Source: Scyliorhinus canicula
Taxonomy: Eukaryota
Direction: 5' to 3'
Assembly: GCF_902713615.1 (NCBI RefSeq)
Contig: NC_052171.1
Span: 1,736,001 to 1,800,000, forward strand
DNA length: 64,000 nt
The position numbers and the translations under genes are program-made. The notes under the pieces were generated by a model. It was given only the letters and a program-made list of their open reading frames with translations. It did no database searches and was not told where the DNA came from. Shown piece by piece: positions 57,771-64,000 of the stretch; position 1 is the stretch's first letter; every line of letters begins with the position of its first letter.

Positions 57771-59268
57771 AAGACAATTCCCATCACAGGAATTGATTTA
57801 GTGTGGCTAGATGCAGCAAGTCGTTTCATCTTAATCTGGCAATTCTCTCGATTTGAACAGAGATTATTCATTACAGTTTATTGCTGTAATTAAAACAACA
57901 GCAGCACCTTTATATCATGTCTTCAACAAGATAAAACATTCCAAGTCCCTCATTTGGAGCATAATGAAAGAAAAAAATGACACCAAATCAAATCAGGAAA
58001 TATTAGAGAAGAGGTAGATTTTAAGGAGTTTGTTAAAGTAAAAAGCGCGGTAGAGAGCAGAGAGGTCCCCAGAGGCAATTCAGAGTTTGGACCACCACTA
58101 CTGGAACAGTTAAAATCCAGATGCTCAAGAGACCCGAATTCGAGCAGTGCAGATACCATGGAGGGTTGTGGGGCTTATTACCAGCCAGTTGGGAAACATT
58201 AACATTTCAAAAGAAATCAGAACACCTAATTTTAGCCATGAGAATCACACAAGGAGATTTCACTTTGTTAAAAAACAAAAAAACAAGCTTTATTGTATAT
58301 AAAAGAATTGAACAAAATAAGCACTATTAACTAAATAATATCATTTATAACTACACAAGCTATGCACTCAAATTTATTTCTTAGTTCCTCTGGAGGATTC
58401 TCTTCAAAGACATTTAAGTAAATTACTTCTATAGGACTGTCCGTGTGGAGTTTGAACATTCTCATGTCTGCATGGGTCTCACCTCAACAGCACAAAGATG
58501 TGCAGAGTAGGTGAATTGGACACACTAAATTGCCCCTTAATTGGAAAAAAAATTGGGTACTTTAAATTATTTTTAAAAATTACTCCTGTAGGGACCCCTC
58601 TGAAACCCAGAATTTTAATTACTTTACCTTTCTATGTGTTAACCTCTGAAGGCAACTTGTTCCCCACTTTTAAGTGTACTAGGCTCCAAGTTTGTGAGAA
58701 TTGCATTTATCCCATTTTTCACAGTTAAACTTTAAATCCTAAATTCTCCTAAATAAGCCTGGGTTATATTCCAGAACACACGTTAACTATTTGCAGCAGG
58801 CTGGAGAAGATTCCAGAGATATGGAGGAAAAAGGCATGTTGGGCTTTGGAAAAAAAGGATGAGAATTTTAAAATGGCTTTGCCTACCTGGGAACCAGTGT
58901 AAGGAAGTGAGCATATGGGGTGATGGATGAACAGTATTTGGTGCAAGATTTTTTTAAAATTTGTTCATGTGGGGAACCAACATTTATTGCTCATCCCTAA
59001 TTGCCCTTGAGGGAGCAGTTAAAAGTCAACCACATTGCAGGCCTGGAGTCACATGTAGGTCAGATCAGGTAAGGACGGTAGATATCCTTCCCTAAAGGAA
59101 GGAAATTGTTTCATGGTCATCATTAGACTTTTAATTCCAGATTTTTATTCAATTCATATTTCACCACCAGCAGCGTTTCTGGTTTCTAGTCCAGTGACAA
59201 TACCGCGACATCCACCGCCTCCCCATGATACGAGCAGCAGAGTATTGGATGACCTCCAGCTTACAGAG

Positions 59269-59572
59269 TGTTGGAACCAACAATTCTACGGACACGTGCT
59301 TGTAGGATTAGAATAGCGGTTTTAATATACTCACAACAGAGCCAGCCGGTTAGCCATTGAACTTTCGGTGAACTGGCCGGCTGACCATGTGGCACTGACC
59401 TTTTATACAGCAGCTTCCGGGGGAGGAGTCCTGGGCAGAGCCAAGGGAGAAGCCCCATACAACTCGAGCATTCCCAGAGCTACTCCCCTGGAGGACAGGT
59501 AGTGCAACTGCACTTACAATACAGACACATGTATATACAGATTACAATCCGGTGTGAATCACATTCACCACA
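59269..59572 (-). mobile_element. Gypsy solo LTR related to 7439-7762
   Basis: Colinear similarity, shared end GTGTGAATCACATTCACCACA; 5-bp TSD CAGAG. Confidence 0.9.
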
Positions 59573-59697
59573 CAGAGGTTGAACATGGGAGGCCAGCTAA
59601 CAGTGTGTTTGAATAGTCAAGACTGTGAGGTAAATGTAGTTTGGATGATTATGTTTATTCTCCTTTATTTCATGCTGTTTCTATGTTTCTACTGCAG

Positions 59698-59836
59698 GCG
59701 TTCGATGCTGGCGATTATTTTCCAATATGGGGAACCTGCTTGGGACTGCAGTTCCTGGTCGTTTGTACTGCTGGGAAGAACCTACTGACAAATACTGACT
59801 CAGAAGACATTGCTCTCCCACTTAATCTGACCAATG
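59698..59836 (+). CDS. GGH: GGH exon 5, with catalytic Cys
   Basis: AFDAGDYFPIWGTCLGLQFL...LPLNLTN, 139 nt. Confidence 0.96.
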
Positions 59837-60228
59837 GTAAGAGTACTTTGTGACAGAGGTATTCTAACCTGGGGATTACACTGTAAAGAGGGTTTGGTGG
59901 CGGTGTGTTGCATTTCAGATTAAAACAGATTTATATCAGATAACAAACAATAATGATTTGTGTATTATCTCAGCTGACTTGCAGGAGAATGCAGACAAAG
60001 TGTTGTCAGACATGTCCTCTTTCAGATGAGAGGTGAATGAGTCCTGCCTGCCAGGATAAACAATTTTGTAACACAGCAACATTTCCTCCTCAACTTGTAT
60101 CACCTCACAAAGGACGGGAACTGGCCATTTATCTGTTTGTGGGTTATTGCTGGCCACATTTAGCTCCATAACAATGGTCAATGCGTCCTGAAAATAATTC
60201 ACCGTGTGATGTGCTTTGAGATATTTCT

Positions 60229-61356
60229 TTTTTTTTAATAAACAATTTTATTGAGGTAGTTTTTGGCTTTATAAACAGTTACAGACATCATCAGAAAGAA
60301 AGCAAAAAAGGCAAAAATGTGCAAACATCCACGTACTTTCAATACTTCCATCGTAACATACTGCACAAGCCCGCTCCTCTCCCACCGGTACTACCCGCCA
60401 TATTTTCCCTCCTACTCTACCCCCCCCCCCCCCCCCCCCCCACCCCCACCCCCTGCTGACGCTCACTCTCCCGCAAAGAAGTCAATAAATGGTTGCCACC
60501 TCCGGGCTAACCCCTGTACAGATCCCCTCACGGTGAACTTAATTTTTTCCATACCCAGGAAACTTGACATGTCCGCAAGCCACAACTCAGTCTTTGGGGG
60601 CTTTGAGTCCCTCCACACCAATAGTATTCGTCGCCGGGCTATCAGGGAAGCAAAGGCCAAAACATCGGCCTCTTTCTCCCCCTGGACTCCCGGGTCTTCC
60701 GAAACCCCAAAAATTGCCACCCCTGGACTCATCACCACCCTTGTTTTTAGCACCCGGGACATGACCCCCGCAAAACCCTCCCAGTACCCCCTCAGCTTAG
60801 GGCATGCCCAAAACATGTGAACGTGGTTCGCTGGTCCTCCCGCGCACCTAGCGCATTTGTCCTCTATCCCAAAGAATTTGCTCATCCGAGCCACCGTCAT
60901 ATGGGCCCGGTGAACGACCTTAAATTGAACCTGGCACATGTCGCGGTCGAATTTACCCTACTCAGGGCCTCTGCCCACAGCCCATCCTCCATTTCCCCGC
61001 CTAGCTCCTCCTCCCATTTAAGTTTCAGTTCCTCTGTCTGGGACCCTTCCTCCCTCATGAGCACCTTATAAATATCAGAGACTCTACCCCCCCCTTCTTC
61101 CCTCCTAGAGACTATTCTGTCTTGGATCCCCATTGGCGGGAGGCGTGGGAAAGATGGGACCTGTCTACGAACAAAGTCCTGCAACTGTAGGTATCTAAAG
61201 TCATTTCCCCTTACCAAACCAAATTTCTCCTCCAAGCTCCTCAAACTCACAAAGCTCCCGTCCAGGAACATATCGCCCACCCTTCCCGCCCCTGCTCGCC
61301 GCCATACTCGGAACCCCCCATCTATACTCCCGGGGGCAAACCGATGGTTGTCGCAG
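60229..61356 (-). mobile_element. 5'-truncated L1-clade LINE
   Basis: ORF2 C-terminus (QFKVVHRAH, CARC..HMFWAC); 18-bp TSD GTGCTTTGAGATATTTCT. Confidence 0.92.
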
Positions 61357-61989
61357 GTGCTTTGAGATATTTCTATGTGACAAGGTATCATATAAAAATA
61401 AACACTATTGCAGGAACGTTGAGGAAAATAGAGTGAGAGAAATGTTAGTTTGCTCTACTGACTAAGTTGCTTACATGAGTCATGCCAAGCAGATTCAAGA
61501 AGATGCCCCCTGCAAGGTTAATGGAAATGCCTTGTACTTATAATAATAATCTTTATTAGTGTCACAAGTAGATTTACATTAACACTGTAATGAAATTACT
61601 GTGAAAATCCCCTAGTTGCCACACTCCGGCGCCTGTTTCTGTTTCTGCTGAGTGAACTGCAGGGAGAATTGAGGCCAGACTGGGACTAAGCTTACAGTTC
61701 AAGGCAGTAATGCGGGACTTGCCCTTCTGTTTTCCTCAAAAGCAATCCGTGTAAGCCTTTGCTTGAATATCATAGAATCATTCCCAGAGACAACAACTGG
61801 CTGAGGTCAGCAAATCTGTCTCTTTGGACAATGTGGACTTCTGATCAATGGGTCAATACTATCAATTTAAAAAGTTTCAATGTGGGTCCATTTGTCCACT
61901 ATTGTTCCAATCGATCAAGTTTTTTATTTTAATCAAAACATTCTTTCTCATTAAAGAATGATGACTGAGCATTTTAATTTAATTTTTTT

Positions 61990-62205
61990 TAAAATTTAAA
62001 GTGCCAACTTCTTTTTGTTTCCAATTAAGGGGCAATTCAGCATGGCCAATCCACCTACCCTACACATCTTGGAGTTGTGGGGGTCAGACCATCTCAGACA
62101 CGAGGAGAATGTTCAAACGCCACATGGACAATGATCGGAGGCTGGGATTGAATCAGGGTCCTCAGCACTGTGAGGTAGCAGTGTGAACCACTTCACCACC
62201 AGGCT
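61990..62205 (-). mobile_element. Diverged SINE
   Basis: Reverse-complement head and core. Confidence 0.7.
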
Positions 62206-62243
62206 GCTCTTCATTTTAACTCAATTTCTCTCTCCTCCCACAG

Positions 62244-62350
62244 CTGCAGCATCTAGCAAAATGTTTCAGAAATTTCCTCCAGATGTGTACAAGGCTTTAT
62301 CCAACGAACCCCTGACTGCAAACTTCCATCACTATTCTATTACCGTGAAG
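62244..62350 (+). CDS. GGH: GGH exon 6; gene continues beyond the window
   Basis: AASSKMFQKFPPDVYKALSNEPLTANFHHYSITVK, 107 nt, AG/GT. Confidence 0.95.
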
Positions 62351-63392
62351 GTAATCATTTTCATATTGTTCATTGCACCATTATATGCAGTAACAAAGAA
62401 GGTGTAAAGATGCCTTAGAAAGAGATGCAACAAAGGTTCACTGGATTGATTCCTGTGATAAGAGGGTTGGGCTATGAAGACAGATGACTTGGTGTTTAAA
62501 TGAATGAGAGTGGATTTCATTGAAACATGGCAGATTCTGAGAGGATTTGACAGAAGGTGTCATTCAACAAAGGGTGTTGCTGGGAAAAGATTGAGATTGA
62601 TCTTGCTAGCAAGAAGGAAATGTTGCTTAGAATAGAGATTTCCAAAATAAATTAGATGAATGCAAGTCACCAATTGTCGGACTGTTTTACGAAGAGAAGT
62701 GCTTGCTCCAAGATATAAGATGTACTGGAAGCAGCCGGGGTGCCCAGGCATCGACCGCCATCTTGCTGAACACCTCCTGACCATCCACCCTGGGCCCTGG
62801 TTCTACACAGTGGCACCGATCGTATGGGCGCCCCCCCCCCCCCCTCGGCACCGAATACCCGCCCAACCGGCAGCCACCTACCGGGACCACCCAGATCCAC
62901 ACTCAAGGCAGTCCCCAATGAGGGCAGCGCCAGCCAGCAGGACGGGCACCAGGATCGGGGGGCACTGGCGGATAACAGGCCAAGGATGAGGGGGTAAGGG
63001 TGAGAGCGAGGGGTGTGGGCATCCAAAATGGCCGCCCGCACATATAGATGAGAAATTGGTCAACACAGAGACGCAGACAGGCTGCAGCTTGCAAATATAC
63101 AAGGGCTGCAGCCCAGACCTTGCAGAAACTGACACAGGGAAAAGGTCATTGAAAGGCCATCCCGGGATAATGGGCTGCAGGTAGAAACTAACAATATGTG
63201 GCAGACTTGGTGGCGTTAGTTTCATTATTTGGGAAGGCCTACGTGCCTCAGACACTAGTGGCCATGGCCGACAGAGACCCACCCCGCCATCGAGGTGTCC
63301 ACCGCCTACTGGTTGAGATCGATTTGGGTGATCGAGTCCTGATCGATCTATTGAACATCTACTTGGGACCGCCCAAAAGTGCGCGAAACCAA

Positions 63393-63613
63393 GGGCAGCA
63401 CGGTGGCCTAGTGGTTAGCACAACCGCCTCACGGCGCTGAGGTCCCAGGTTCGATCCCGGCTCTGGGTCACTGTCCGTGTGGAGTTTGCACATTCTCCCC
63501 GTGTCTGCGTGGGTTTCGACCCCACAACCCAAAAATGTGCAGGGTGGGTGGATTGGCCATGCTAAATTGCCCCTTAATTGGAAAAAATAATTGGGTAATC
63601 TAAATTTTTTTTT
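63393..63613 (+). mobile_element. Young SINE with 16-bp TSD
   Basis: TSD AAAAGTGCGCGAAACC. Confidence 0.9.
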
Positions 63614-63835
63614 AAAAAGTGCGCGAAACCTGCATGGGGAAAAAGGTGCTGCGTAGCCCACTACTCGCTCCCTCGAGCACCGCCGACAACAACGGTGATA
63701 CCTGCACCAGCCGGGAAGGGGAACATCCACACCATCCACAGAGGGACCGAAGCCGGGGACAGTAACGACCGGCGACAGACACCCAGCAATGCCAGACAAC
63801 GCATTCCACAGGAGGCCATATCTGCTCTGCACATG

Positions 63836-64000
63836 TTTTTGTTGCAAGTATTTTTATTAAGGTTTTGCAGAATTTTTCACAATAAAACAGTAGTAACCAT
63901 AATAGCAAAACAAACTAGAGTGAACATTAACATTGTGCAATAAGAGAATATACAATAACAATTAAATAGACATTACCCCACACAACCCAGTCTTCCCACA
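63836..64000 (-). mobile_element. Probable L1 3' end, running out of the window
   Basis: T-rich start with TTTATT, resembling 41669 and 60229. Confidence 0.45.

Overview
Repeat-rich vertebrate DNA, most likely from a cartilaginous fish (inferred from HE1-type tRNA SINEs and the CR1, L1 and Tx1 content). Host genes: an ITPRIP-family gene (Mab-21/cGAS fold, single coding exon, minus strand 24477-26093) and exons 1-6 of a gamma-glutamyl hydrolase (GGH-like) gene (plus strand 39776-62350). They appear head-to-head across a promoter filled by a 3.3-kb GC-rich minisatellite. A CpG-island promoter of a third, leftward gene lies at about 1.4-2.1 kb. The standout is an intact, very young 9.8-kb retrovirus-like provirus (44709-54526, minus) in GGH intron 2. 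It has 949-bp LTRs differing at one position that I could see, a 4-bp ATAT target duplication, a tRNA-Arg(UCU) PBS, and gag and pro-pol in one frame separated by a single UGA-CGG with a downstream stem. Its Pol has foamy-like RT/IN motifs and two RNase H-type domains. It has no env; in that position is a predicted spliced 117-aa single-pass membrane protein with a polybasic juxtamembrane tail, reminiscent of FAST fusogens. Also present: a related solo LTR, a four-layer nested TE stack, hAT transposons and many SINE/LINE fragments. All calls were made by eye; no searches were run.
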